A stretch of DNA of 63,487 nt from assembly GCA_905479655.1 (NCBI GenBank), contig CAJQNK010000066.1, positions 1 through 63,487 on the forward strand. The letters are read 5' to 3'. Positions 49,109 to 61,348 of this stretch are shown here, one piece after another; the stretch's first letter is position 1, and the number at the start of each line of letters is the position of its first letter. The notes beneath the pieces are model-generated. The model was not told where the DNA came from. It was given only the letters and a program-made list of their open reading frames with translations, and ran no database searches. Origin of the DNA: an uncultured bacterium (lineage in GTDB: Bacteria; Acidobacteriota; Thermoanaerobaculia; Multivoradales; JAHEKO01). A program made the position numbers and the translations under genes.

Positions 49109-49116
49109 CGTTCAAA
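49099..49116. promoter_or_regulatory. Putative TetR operator palindrome
   Basis: TTTGAAC-CATC-GTTCAAA, perfect 7-bp arms straddling the tetR ATG in an AT-rich patch. Confidence 0.6.
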
Positions 49117-49269
49117 AGGTACCGCAATTCGTCCCATTTGTCAAGGCGGCGGGAGTTATCGAAGAGTCCTGATGGGCCCTCGCCGGGGCGCTGCCCCACG
49201 AAGGGCGCTCGAGCCGGGCGAACCCCCGGTGAGGGCTGCCGGTGCCCGGGGCGTACGGGTCGGGAGCGC

Positions 49270-49857
49270 CTACTGGATGACGAGCGCGATCCTGCGACCG
49301 CTGCGATAGACCAGGGTCTGCCCCTCGAGGGTGTCCGCGACCCGGTAGAGGATGCCGGTGCGATCCCGATCGATCAGCATCAGGGCGGCCTTGAACTTCC
49401 TCTTGCCGAGCACACTGTCCGGGTAGACGATGACCTTCTTGGTGAATCGCTTGTCCGGGCTCTGGTACTGGATCACGGCGTGCTGCAGGTACGGTTCGAG
49501 GTCGGGGTGTGCCCGCGCTCGGTTCCATGCGCGCGGGCTTGTGCCCTGATCGGCCTCGTACTGCAGGTAAGCGTCGCGAATGGCACGGAACTCCGCGACG
49601 ATCTCGAGCGCCCGGGCCTTCTGCAACTGGAGGAGCAGCGCGGGGATCAGGATGTTCGCGATAATGCCGAGAATCGCGAGGACGACGGCCAACTCGATCA
49701 GGGTGAAGCCGCGTCGCGGCGTCCCCGGCCTCAGCCCGAGAGGACCTTTCAAAGGTCGTTCGAGTCGATCCCGGGTAGGGACGGGTCGGCCTGCGATCCG
49801 CTGCTGCCCCGGGAGTCGACGCCGCCCTGTGAGTCGATGCTGCCGCATCTGGTGCAT
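49270..49857 (-). CDS. Type IV pilin / T2SS pseudopilin-like protein
   Basis: RRG|FTLIELAVVLAILGII prepilin cleavage motif with E+5. Start uncertain. Confidence 0.8.
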   Translation of the reverse strand: MHQMRQHRLTGRRRLPGQQRIAGRPVPTRDRLERPLKGPLGLRPGTPRRGFTLIELAVVLAILGIIANILIPALLLQLQKARALEIVAEFRAIRDAYLQYEADQGTSPRAWNRARAHPDLEPYLQHAVIQYQSPDKRFTKKVIVYPDSVLGKRKFKAALMLIDRDRTGILYRVADTLEGQTLVYRSGRRIALVIQ

Positions 49858-49965
49858 GATAGCATTTTCGCGGTAGTCGGCGGTTCCGACGATCAGTCGA
49901 GGCCTTGCCTGACCGCGCTGGCGAGGGACGTCGGAGGCCTCCGCAAGGAAACGGATGAACGGTTG

Positions 49966-50493
49966 ATGGACGAGTCCAAGGAGAGAGGCACGGGCACTGC
50001 GGCCGAGTCGCCGAACGGGTCGAAGGACGGTTCTCGCCGCGAGGACAACCTCGAGTTGCTGCGTCAGGCCGCCGCGGAGAGCGCGCGCGCCGAGCCCAGA
50101 GACCGCAGCCGGGTGATCGTGCCCGCCTCGGAGGTGCGTCGTGAGCGTGTGCCGGGCTGGCTCCTCCCGGCGCTTCTCGTGGTGCTGGTCGCCTTGACGG
50201 TCGCCAACCTGTCGGGATTCAGTCCCATCGGGGGGCTGCCGCCAGAGCCGTCGGAGTCCGAAATCGCGGAATCCGTCGCCCGCGCCACCGAGACGGAGGC
50301 GGAGTGGGTCGAGTCCTACGTCCAGGCCTTTGGTGAGCTCCCGGTCGACGGCGAGTCCTTCGACCTCGAGGGACTCGGTAGCCTCGTGCCCTCGAGCGAC
50401 GGCTCATTTCAGCTGATCCTGCGGGATCAGGATGGATGGAGCGGGGTCTACGACTCGAAGGACGCTACCGTTTCGGTCTCTGCACCGCAGTGA
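49966..50493 (+). CDS. Hypothetical single-pass membrane protein
   Basis: ATG at 49966, one TM segment (WLLPALLVVLVALTVANL) and an acidic C-terminal domain; upstream of the ATPase gene. Confidence 0.6.
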   Translation: MDESKERGTGTAAESPNGSKDGSRREDNLELLRQAAAESARAEPRDRSRVIVPASEVRRERVPGWLLPALLVVLVALTVANLSGFSPIGGLPPEPSESEIAESVARATETEAEWVESYVQAFGELPVDGESFDLEGLGSLVPSSDGSFQLILRDQDGWSGVYDSKDATVSVSAPQ

Positions 50494-50564
50494 CTGCGCC
50501 GCCGTGACGGGCACCTCCCGCGGGGCTGCTCTCGTTCGCCGGGCGGAAAGACGAGGATCGATCG

Positions 50565-52928
50565 ATGGCGACCACTGAACGGAACTCCGCACCGGGGACC
50601 TCCCCCGCTCCCCGCCGGCGCCTCTTTCCCGTCGTGCGCGCCAAGGTGACGGTCGGCCTCGCCGACGGCGAGGTCCAGCACGGTTATCTCGAGCGCTTCT
50701 GCCCGTCCGACCCCGATTTCGCCCTGTTCCCGACGCCGGGGCGTGGCGAGACCAGCGCGCCCGCCACGCCGATCCTCCTGGTCCTCGTCGCCTACGTGGC
50801 ATTTCATCGTCAGACCCACCGGGATGCCGAGCCCGGTGGGCCCACCAAGGCCTGCGAGATCCACTTGCCGGGCGGCCGCTCCGTCACCGTGGAGGTGCCC
50901 AGGGAGCAGCTCGAGGACCCGGTGGGCTTCTTCGGCTATCCGCCCTCGGAGGAGAGCCTCTACTCCGAGCTGTTCTTCCTCCGGGACCGGGTCCGAGCGG
51001 TCGAGGACAAGGTGACGGTGGGCGCGATGCTCGTGCAGGAGCGCCTGGTGGATTCGGCGTCACTGGAGCGGGGCCTGCGCCAGCTCGAGGAGAACCGGTC
51101 GAAGCCCATCGGGGAGATCCTCGTCGAGAAGGAGAAGGTCCCGCGTCATCTGGTCGACAGCGCGGTCGCCGAGCAGGCGCTCCAGAGCCGCCGCGGTCGG
51201 CCGGCGCGGATCGGTGAGATTCTCGTCGAGGCCGGATTGGCTACGGAGGCGCAGATCGAGGCGGCCCTCGAGGAGCAGAAGACGAAACGGGGCAAGCGTC
51301 TCGGCGAGGTGCTGGTCGAGATGGCGGTCGTCGAGGAGAGCGACGTGGCCCGCGTCCTGGCCCGCAAGTTCCACGTCCCCTTCCTCGACCTCGACCAGAT
51401 GGAGATCCAGCTGGAGGCGCTCGCCGAGGTGCCCACGGAGCTCGTCTCGCGCTTCCGGATCCTGCCGATCGCGACCGACGGCGAGCATCTCACCATCGCC
51501 CTCTCGGATCCCCTGGCCCTCGAGGCCATCGACATGTTTCGTTTCTCCAGCGCCAAGCAGGTCCGCGAGGTCATCGTGACGGCGACCCAGCTCGCTCGTT
51601 ACCTCGACCCGTTCCTGACCTCCGTCGCGGGGCAGCAGACGGGAGAGCTCGACGGCATCCTCGAGGATCTCCAGGAGGAGACCGCCTCCTCGTCCCGGGG
51701 CTTCGGCGTCGGCCTCGAGTACACGCCGGGCCAGTCGGAGTCGGGCGTGGCGCGGCTCGTCAACCGCATCATCCTCGATGCCTACCAGCGCGACGCCTCC
51801 GATATCCACATCGAGCCCAACGGGGCCCGCGGTGAGCTCCGGGTGCGTTTCCGGATCGACGGCGTCTGCGAGCCCTACACTCAGCTACCCGCCGAGTACC
51901 GCCAGCCGCTCGTGAGCCGAATCAAGATCATGGCGAACCTCGACATGACCGAGCGGCGCAAGCCCCAGGACGGGAAGATCGCGCTGCGGGTCGACAAGAA
52001 GCGGATCGAGCTGCGGGTCGCGACGTTGCCCACGGCCACGGGGGACGAGGACGCCGTCCTCCGGGTGCTGCCGGCCGCCGGCGCCATGAAGCTCGAGCAG
52101 CTGAACCTCTCGGCCCGCAACCTCTCGGAGATCCAGCGGGCGCTGCAGCGCTCCTACGGCATGGTGCTCGCGGTCGGCCCCACGGGCTCCGGCAAGACGA
52201 CCACGCTCCACGGCATGCTCGCCGGCCTCGACGCGGTCGAGAAGAAGATCTGGACCGCCGAGGACCCCGTGGAGATCACCCAGGCCCACCTGCGCCAGGT
52301 TCAGATGAACCCGCGGGTCGACCTGACTTTCGCCACGGCTCTCCGAGCCTTCATGCGGGCCGACCCCGACGTCATCATGGTGGGGGAGATGCGCGACCTC
52401 GAGACCGCCCAGATCGCCGTGCGGGCGTCGCTCACCGGGCACCTCGTGCTCTCCACCCTCCACACCAACACCGCCGCTGAGACGGTCACGCGCCTGGTCG
52501 ACATGGGCCTCGACCCCTTCCTTTTCTCCGACGCTCTCCTGCTCGTCGCCGGCCAGCGCCTCGGGCGCCGGCTCTGTACCGGTTGCCGCGAGCAGTACGA
52601 GCCCGAAGGTCTCGAGCTGGAGGAGCTGCGACGCGCCTTCGGCGAGGATCGCCTGCGAGCGGTTGCCGGCGACGGCCCTCTCGTCCTCTATCGGGGCCGG
52701 GGCTGCTCGCGCTGCCGCAAGGCCGGCTACAAGGGGCGGGTGGCGTTCCACGAGGTTCTCGTCAACGACGAGAAGATCCGCGAGGCGATCCAGCGTCGCG
52801 GATCCATCGCGGAGGTCCGCCAGATCGCCGAGTCCCAGGGGATGACCCCGCTCTCCCAGGACGGGTTGGCCAAGTGCGTTCTGGGTCTGACCGACGCCAA
52901 GCAGGTGCTGGCCGTCACGGCGATCTGA
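50565..52928 (+). CDS. GspE/PilB-family secretion ATPase with MshEN repeats
   Basis: ASDIHIEP, GPTGSGKTTT, TAEDPVE, DPDVIMVGEMRD and TGHLVLSTLHTN motifs; CxxC pair; RIGEIL/RLGEVL motifs. Confidence 0.92.
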   Translation: MATTERNSAPGTSPAPRRRLFPVVRAKVTVGLADGEVQHGYLERFCPSDPDFALFPTPGRGETSAPATPILLVLVAYVAFHRQTHRDAEPGGPTKACEIHLPGGRSVTVEVPREQLEDPVGFFGYPPSEESLYSELFFLRDRVRAVEDKVTVGAMLVQERLVDSASLERGLRQLEENRSKPIGEILVEKEKVPRHLVDSAVAEQALQSRRGRPARIGEILVEAGLATEAQIEAALEEQKTKRGKRLGEVLVEMAVVEESDVARVLARKFHVPFLDLDQMEIQLEALAEVPTELVSRFRILPIATDGEHLTIALSDPLALEAIDMFRFSSAKQVREVIVTATQLARYLDPFLTSVAGQQTGELDGILEDLQEETASSSRGFGVGLEYTPGQSESGVARLVNRIILDAYQRDASDIHIEPNGARGELRVRFRIDGVCEPYTQLPAEYRQPLVSRIKIMANLDMTERRKPQDGKIALRVDKKRIELRVATLPTATGDEDAVLRVLPAAGAMKLEQLNLSARNLSEIQRALQRSYGMVLAVGPTGSGKTTTLHGMLAGLDAVEKKIWTAEDPVEITQAHLRQVQMNPRVDLTFATALRAFMRADPDVIMVGEMRDLETAQIAVRASLTGHLVLSTLHTNTAAETVTRLVDMGLDPFLFSDALLLVAGQRLGRRLCTGCREQYEPEGLELEELRRAFGEDRLRAVAGDGPLVLYRGRGCSRCRKAGYKGRVAFHEVLVNDEKIREAIQRRGSIAEVRQIAESQGMTPLSQDGLAKCVLGLTDAKQVLAVTAI

Positions 52929-52954
52929 GCGGACGGTGAGCTCGCGCGGCGGGC

Positions 52955-53359
52955 TCAGACGACGCTGACCACCACCCTGCGCCGGTGCGGCCGGCGACGG
53001 TGCTCCCACAGGTAGATCCCCTGCCAGGTGCCGAGCGCGAGGTCGCCTTCGAGGATCGGGATCCCCAGCGAGGTGGCGGTGAGGGCCGCGCGAATGTGCG
53101 ACGGCATGTCGTCCGGGCCTTCCGAGGTGTGGGTGTAGAGAGAGTCGCCCTCCGGGACGAGGCGGGCGAGCCAGCGCTCCAGATCCCGCCGGGCGGACGG
53201 GTCGGCGTTCTCCTGGATGGTCAGGCTCGCCGAGGTGTGGCGGACGAAGACGGTGCAGAGGCTCCGGGGCCTGGCGGCCTGCCGGACGACCGCGCGGACC
53301 TCGGCCGTGATCTCGTGGAGCCCCGGGCCGGGGGTGGGGATGGTGAGCTCTCGGGTCAT
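52955..53359 (-). CDS. yjbQ: YjbQ (UPF0047) family protein
   Basis: HTSASL.IQENADP, EGPDDMPSHIR and LGTWQGIYL.EH motifs. Confidence 0.9.
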   Translation of the reverse strand: MTRELTIPTPGPGLHEITAEVRAVVRQAARPRSLCTVFVRHTSASLTIQENADPSARRDLERWLARLVPEGDSLYTHTSEGPDDMPSHIRAALTATSLGIPILEGDLALGTWQGIYLWEHRRRPHRRRVVVSVV

Positions 53360-53442
53360 GAGGGGATGATCGCACGCGGGGTTGCCGCGCGTCGCACGCC
53401 TCGCGGGTCGACTTTCGGGTCGAGATTCGGTAAGAATCCGTC

Positions 53443-55281
53443 ATGCGAGGTTCACACGCAGGATCCGTGGGTGCGGAGCCCCGTCCGTTTCGAGGCCGGC
53501 CCGTCGGCTCGCTCGGCGCGCTCCTCCTCCTGACCCTGGGCTGGTCGGTCCTGGGCCTCTCGTCTCTGGGCTGTTCGGCGCTGCCTGGCCCTGCCGTGGA
53601 CGGCTCGTCCATGGCCAGCTCGCCCACGGACGAGCCGACCACGGCGGATCGTCGCCAGCACCACCGGCCGCCGCCGCTGCCGGACAACTACCGGCGGGTG
53701 GAGGCGCCGGCTCCGGAAAGGCCCTGGGCGGCCGCGCGACTCGGGGACAACGTCGACGTCACGGTCGATCCGGACCCCCAGAACGAGACGTCGATCGCGG
53801 TCAACCCGGACGACCCCCTGAACCTCGTCGCGGGGGCCAACGACTACCGCTACGGCGACTCGGAGGCGGGCTTCGCCGTCTCCTTCGATGGCGGTGAGAC
53901 CTGGGCGGCCGACACCCTCGACGGCCAGGACGACAGCCTGGGGAAGTACGACGCCCAGGGCGACCCGGCGGTCGCCGCCTTCCGCGGCGGGGTCTTCTAC
54001 TACGCCTTCATCGACTTCAATCGGAACGACGGCCAGAACCGGCTCGCGGTGGCCCGCAGCGTGGACGGCGGGGCGACCTGGCCGCACGTCGGCGTCGTGG
54101 TCGACAACGAGGGCCCCGGGAGCCAACCGTTCGAGGACAAGGAGTACCTCGTGGTCGACTCGACCGGCGGCCCGTTCGACGGCAACGTCTACGTCACCTG
54201 GACCAACTTCCCGGTCGTCGGGGGCACCAGCATCCAGTTCTCCCGCTCCACGGACGGCGCCAACACCTTCTCCGCCGGCCGTCCGATCAGCGACTTCCCA
54301 TCGCCCCAGGGCTCCGTGCCCATCGTGGGGCCCGGCGGAGAGCTCTTCGTGACCTGGATCCGCGGCTCGCTGCTCGAGTTCGACCGCTCCTTCGATGGCG
54401 GCGACACCTGGGGATCCGATGTGCTGATCGCCGTCCAGGATCCCCTCCCCAGCCCGCTGCCCGGCGCCGCGTTCCGCCTCAACTCGTTCCCGACGATGGT
54501 GGTGGATCGCTCGGGCGGCCCACACCACGGGAACCTCTACGTGGCCTGGGCGGACGAGAGCGCCAGCGGCCAGGGCCCGGACATCGTCCTGTCGCGCTCG
54601 GTCGACCAGGGGGCCACCTGGAGCCTGCCGGTGCGGGTGAGCGACGATGCCAACGGCGCGTTCCAGTGGTTCCCGTGGCTCAGCGTCGGTCCGGACGGTG
54701 ACGTCCACATCGCGTTCTTCGACCGACGGGAAGAGCCCGGCTCGCCGCGCTACCACAAGTACTACGCGCGCTCCACGGATGGCGGGCTCTCCTTCGGCCC
54801 CAACGTGCGCGTGAGCGACGCTGTCTCCGACGCCTCGCAGGACGGCTTCGGCGGCGGCTTCATCGGCGACTACAACGGACTCGCCGCCAGCGGGCTGAGC
54901 GCCCATCCGTACTGGACCGACGTCCGGGCGGCCAACGCCAACGCCGAGGGCTACACGGCGGCGGTCGGACCGGGGCCGCTCCTGGGCGCCTACGGGGCGT
55001 GTCCGGGTCAGGGCGCGCTGCGGATCGGCGACGCGACGGCCGGTGGCCAGGTCGCGCTCCTCACCGGCGACGTGCCGGGCGTCACCGTCATCCCGGGCGG
55101 TCCGTGCCCGGGAGTCGCGCTCGATCTCGGGGCGCCCCGCCTACTGAGCATCGTGGACGCGGACGCCGCCGGCAACGTGGCCCTCGCCCGCAATCTGCCT
55201 CAGGCGGCCTGCGGGGCCGCGATCCAGGTCGTGGACCTCGAGAGCTGTCTCGTGAGCAACGTCGTGACGTTGCCGGAGTAG
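53443..55281 (+). CDS. Secreted BNR/Asp-box (sialidase-like) beta-propeller protein
   Basis: Repeated S.DGG.TW boxes; NETSIAVNP, DKE and FIGDY motifs; Cys-containing C-terminal domain. Confidence 0.82.
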   Translation: MRGSHAGSVGAEPRPFRGRPVGSLGALLLLTLGWSVLGLSSLGCSALPGPAVDGSSMASSPTDEPTTADRRQHHRPPPLPDNYRRVEAPAPERPWAAARLGDNVDVTVDPDPQNETSIAVNPDDPLNLVAGANDYRYGDSEAGFAVSFDGGETWAADTLDGQDDSLGKYDAQGDPAVAAFRGGVFYYAFIDFNRNDGQNRLAVARSVDGGATWPHVGVVVDNEGPGSQPFEDKEYLVVDSTGGPFDGNVYVTWTNFPVVGGTSIQFSRSTDGANTFSAGRPISDFPSPQGSVPIVGPGGELFVTWIRGSLLEFDRSFDGGDTWGSDVLIAVQDPLPSPLPGAAFRLNSFPTMVVDRSGGPHHGNLYVAWADESASGQGPDIVLSRSVDQGATWSLPVRVSDDANGAFQWFPWLSVGPDGDVHIAFFDRREEPGSPRYHKYYARSTDGGLSFGPNVRVSDAVSDASQDGFGGGFIGDYNGLAASGLSAHPYWTDVRAANANAEGYTAAVGPGPLLGAYGACPGQGALRIGDATAGGQVALLTGDVPGVTVIPGGPCPGVALDLGAPRLLSIVDADAAGNVALARNLPQAACGAAIQVVDLESCLVSNVVTLPE

Positions 55282-55313
55282 CTCGCCGTCGGTCGCGGCT
55301 TCCGCGGCCCGGA

Positions 55314-55349
55314 CAGAAAAACACCCCGCCGACGAGGTCGTCGGTGGGG
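55314..55349 (-). terminator. Putative intrinsic terminator downstream of hsp20
   Basis: Minus strand CCCCACCGACG-ACCT-CGTCGGCGGGG (one mismatch) followed by TGTTTTTCT. Confidence 0.55.
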
Positions 55350-55443
55350 CGAGTCTCGGCGGGCTCGACCGGGGGTGGTGTGGCTACGTCTCGGAGTCTC
55401 TGCTCACCGCCCGGCCGGACCCGGTCCGATCACTGGACCGGGG

Positions 55444-55905
55444 TCAGCCGATCTCGATCTTGCGCGGCTTGGCGCGCTCGGCCTTCGGCACGACGATGCT
55501 GAGGAGGCCGTCCTGGAAGGTGGCCTTCACGTGCTCGCCGTCGACCTCGGTGGGCAGCACGAAGGCGCGGGAGAAGGCGCCGTAGGCGCGCTCGATGCGG
55601 TGGAAGTTCTTGCCTTCCTTCTTCTCCTCGAAGCTGCGCTCGCCCTTGAGGGTCAGCACGCCGTTCTCGACGGTGATGTCTACGTCGGTCTTGGTGAGAC
55701 CCGGGAGCTCGGCCAGGAGCTGGTACTCGGTCTCGGTCTCGGCGATGTCGACCGACGGCATCCAGGCCCGCTCGCCGAGATCCTCGCGCTCCCAGTCGAA
55801 GGTCATCGTGGGACGGACGAACTCGTCGAACAGGCGATCCATGTTGCGGAAGAAGGGCTCACGGTAGGCGAGGCGGTTGGGGCGACGGGTCAGGTGACGA
55901 GTCAT
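55444..55905 (-). CDS. Hsp20/alpha-crystallin small heat-shock protein
   Basis: P.VDI.E, AELPG, ER.YG.F.R.F.LP and DGLL.I.VPK motifs; C-terminal I-x-I; SD AAGGAG. Confidence 0.93.
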   Translation of the reverse strand: MTRHLTRRPNRLAYREPFFRNMDRLFDEFVRPTMTFDWEREDLGERAWMPSVDIAETETEYQLLAELPGLTKTDVDITVENGVLTLKGERSFEEKKEGKNFHRIERAYGAFSRAFVLPTEVDGEHVKATFQDGLLSIVVPKAERAKPRKIEIG

Positions 55906-56153
55906 GGGCAGTTCTCCTTGGTTCTGGTTGGCGCTCTCACCGGTCGAGCCGGTGCTTTTTCTGTCGATTTCGGGGCCGTCTTGCTGCATTCATTAGTCCA
56001 CAACACTTAGATCTCGGGCACTATTCCAGAACTTGAGCCGATTTCCGTCAGATCCTGGATTGGGCGCACGGCCGCCGACACGGGATCCGCTGCACGGTCG
56101 GGGTCACCGGGAAGCCGGCGCGACCCCGGCGTCCCGGGGCGAGGCCGGCCGGG

Positions 56154-58817
<2,664 letters not shown>

Positions 58818-58851
58818 CTCGTATGCCTTTCCGCTCGAACGGCTGGCCGGA

Positions 58852-59841
58852 TCAGGCCTGCCGGGGCTTGAATCGCGAGGTGCGGGCGAGCTCCTCGTAG
58901 AGCTTGCGGTCGTCTTCCGAGACCTCCTCGGGGACGACGATGCGGAGCTCCGCGATGAGGTCTCCAGGGGCCTTGCCGCGGCGGGGGAAGCCCCTGCCGC
59001 GGAGTCGGATGCGCCGCCCGGAGGAGGAGCCGGCCGGCACCCGGATCGTCACGTTGCCGTCGAGGGTCGGGACCTCGGCCTCGCCTCCGAGGGCGGCCTC
59101 CCACGGGGTGACCGGCACCTGGGCGTGGAGGTCGGCGCCCTCGAGGCGGAGCCGGTCGTCGGCCGCGATGTCGAGGGTGAGGTAGAGGTTGCCGGCCGCT
59201 CCGCCTCCCGCGGCCCGGCCGCCCTGGCCACCGAGGCGGATGCGCTGGCCGGGGCGCACGCCGGCGGGGATCTTGACTCGCAAGGTCCGGTGGGAGCCCG
59301 TGTCCGGGTCGGTCAGCGTGACCTGACGCTCGCCGCCATGCGCCGCCTCCTGGATCGAGAGGGCGAGCCGCGCCTCGTGGTCCCGGCCCGCCTGGTGTCC
59401 TCCGGCGGTCGTCCAACGCACGCCGCCACCGGGCCCTCCGAATCCCTGGCTCCCGAATCCGCCCCCGCCGCCGAAGAGACTCTCGAAGAAGGAGCTGAAC
59501 CCGGAGCCGTCGCCGAAGTCGAAGCGGGTCCCGCCCGTCTGCGCTCCCCCGGGCCGGCCGCCGGTGAACTGCGAAAAGAAGTCCTCGAAGCCGGGCGCCT
59601 CCCCACTGCTGCCCTGGGCCCTCTCCCAGGCGGAGCCGAACTGGTCGTAACGCGATCGCTTCTCCGGGTCGCTCAGGACCTGGTGCGCCTCGTTGATCTC
59701 CTTGAAGCGGTTCTCGGCCTCTTCGCCGTGGTTGACGTCGGGGTGGTACTTCCGCGCCAGCTTGCGATACGCCTTCTGGATCTCGTCGGGCTTGGCGTCT
59801 CGCGACACGCCGAGGGTCTTGTAGTAGTCCTTGTAGTCCAA
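58852..59841 (-). CDS. Class II DnaJ / CbpA-like co-chaperone
   Basis: J-domain with HPD, G/F-rich linker, no zinc finger, DnaJ_C domain; TTG start. Confidence 0.92.
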   Translation of the reverse strand: MDYKDYYKTLGVSRDAKPDEIQKAYRKLARKYHPDVNHGEEAENRFKEINEAHQVLSDPEKRSRYDQFGSAWERAQGSSGEAPGFEDFFSQFTGGRPGGAQTGGTRFDFGDGSGFSSFFESLFGGGGGFGSQGFGGPGGGVRWTTAGGHQAGRDHEARLALSIQEAAHGGERQVTLTDPDTGSHRTLRVKIPAGVRPGQRIRLGGQGGRAAGGGAAGNLYLTLDIAADDRLRLEGADLHAQVPVTPWEAALGGEAEVPTLDGNVTIRVPAGSSSGRRIRLRGRGFPRRGKAPGDLIAELRIVVPEEVSEDDRKLYEELARTSRFKPRQA

Positions 59842-60074
59842 TGGAGTCTCTGGAGGTCTCTTCGGTGAGCGGTGCGCTCAGGTGGGGCGGGTCCGTCGTG
59901 GCTCTCTCTCGCCCCGTCGATTCGCGGCACGACTCGTCGAGAGCGGGGCTCACTTGAATCTTAGTGTTTCGCCCTCACATTTAGTAGAACCGTCAGACCG
60001 GGTCCTTCATTCCACCCTTCGCCGTGTCCGAAGGGCCAGCCCTCGCCGCCGAGGCCCGACGCCACACCTCGCGC

Positions 60075-61181
60075 TCAGTCCCTGATCGCCTGGAAACGGC
60101 CCAGCGAGAACTCCGACGGCAGCGAGGGGGTGCGGCCCAGCAGCCGGTCTGCCACCTTCTCGGCGGTCCAGGGGGCGAGGAGGATGCCGTTGCGGTAGTG
60201 GCCGACGGCGAGGAGGATCCGACCGTCGAGCATCTCGTCGAGGATCGGGCGCCCGTCGGGGGTGCCGGGCCGGAGACCCGACCAGAGGTCGCCCACCCGC
60301 CGTCCGGAGAGCGATGGGAAGGCGTGGTCCACGAACCGGGCCAGCTCGGCGAGGCCCGCCGAAGTGGCGTGATCCGAATAGCCGACCTCCTCGACGGTGG
60401 CGCCGACCAACAGGGCGTCGGCCCCCCGGCGGACGGCATACAGCTCGCCGCAGCGCACGACCCCGTCCCAGCTCCACTGCACGCCGTCGATGCGCAGGAT
60501 CTGGCCGCGCACCGGCCGGATCGGCAGGAAGCCCACACCGCCGACACGAGCGCTCCAGGCGCCGGCGGTGAGCAGGATCCTGTCGGCTTCCCTCCGCCAG
60601 GAGTCTCCCACCACGCAGACCGCATCCCCGCGCAGCTCCAGATGGTCGACGGCGGAATAGCGGCGGATCTGTACGCCCTCGCGCTCCACGGCCGCGGTCA
60701 GGGCGCGGGCTACGGCCCGGTTGTCGACGCGGTGCTCGCCGGCAAGGAGGATCGCCCTCTTCATCTCGGGCGCGAGATCGGGCACCAGCCGGTAGGCCTC
60801 CGCGGCGTCGATCTCCTCGACGGGCTCGCCGAGGCGCCGGGCCGCGTGGGTCAGCTCCTCGACCACCTCCAACTCGTCCTCGGAGAACGCGACGACGAGC
60901 GTGCCGGAGGTGTCGAGCTCGATGGCCCGCCCCTTGCGGCCGGTGATCTCGTCGATCCAGGACGGCCACGCGTCACGAGCCTGCCTGCAGGCCTCGAAGA
61001 ACGGGCCGCCGTCCGCGGCCTCGGTGAGGGGGGCGAGCATCCCGGCGGCGGCCCACGTGGCGCCCCGCGCCGGCTCACCCTTCTCCAGGATCTCGACCGA
61101 GAGTCCTTCCCGGGTCAGCCTGAGCGCACAGGCCAGACCGATGATGCCGCCTCCGATGATGAGGATGTCGGGGTGATTCAT
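60075..61181 (-). CDS. thiO: Glycine oxidase ThiO
   Basis: IGGGIIG, ATWAAAGML.P, PVRGQ, GLRP and GHYRNGILLAP motifs. Confidence 0.85.
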   Translation of the reverse strand: MNHPDILIIGGGIIGLACALRLTREGLSVEILEKGEPARGATWAAAGMLAPLTEAADGGPFFEACRQARDAWPSWIDEITGRKGRAIELDTSGTLVVAFSEDELEVVEELTHAARRLGEPVEEIDAAEAYRLVPDLAPEMKRAILLAGEHRVDNRAVARALTAAVEREGVQIRRYSAVDHLELRGDAVCVVGDSWRREADRILLTAGAWSARVGGVGFLPIRPVRGQILRIDGVQWSWDGVVRCGELYAVRRGADALLVGATVEEVGYSDHATSAGLAELARFVDHAFPSLSGRRVGDLWSGLRPGTPDGRPILDEMLDGRILLAVGHYRNGILLAPWTAEKVADRLLGRTPSLPSEFSLGRFQAIRD

Positions 61182-61348
61182 GGCGAGAGCCCCCAAGGGC
61201 TCGAGGACCATTGTAGGCCGAGTGGGGGGATTCGGGTCGCGGGTTCTGGGCGGTGCCCGGTTTCGTCCCGGGCGATGGAGCGCAGCGGGGGAGTCGAGGG
61301 GCGATTCGCTATAGTCGCGTCGTCCCGTCCGGGGCGAGGAAGACTCGA

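Noticed and set aside
61182-61348. TPP riboswitch upstream of thiO
   Set aside because: The conserved CTGAGA and CCTGA..GGATAA..GCG.AGGGA elements are not visible on the minus strand.
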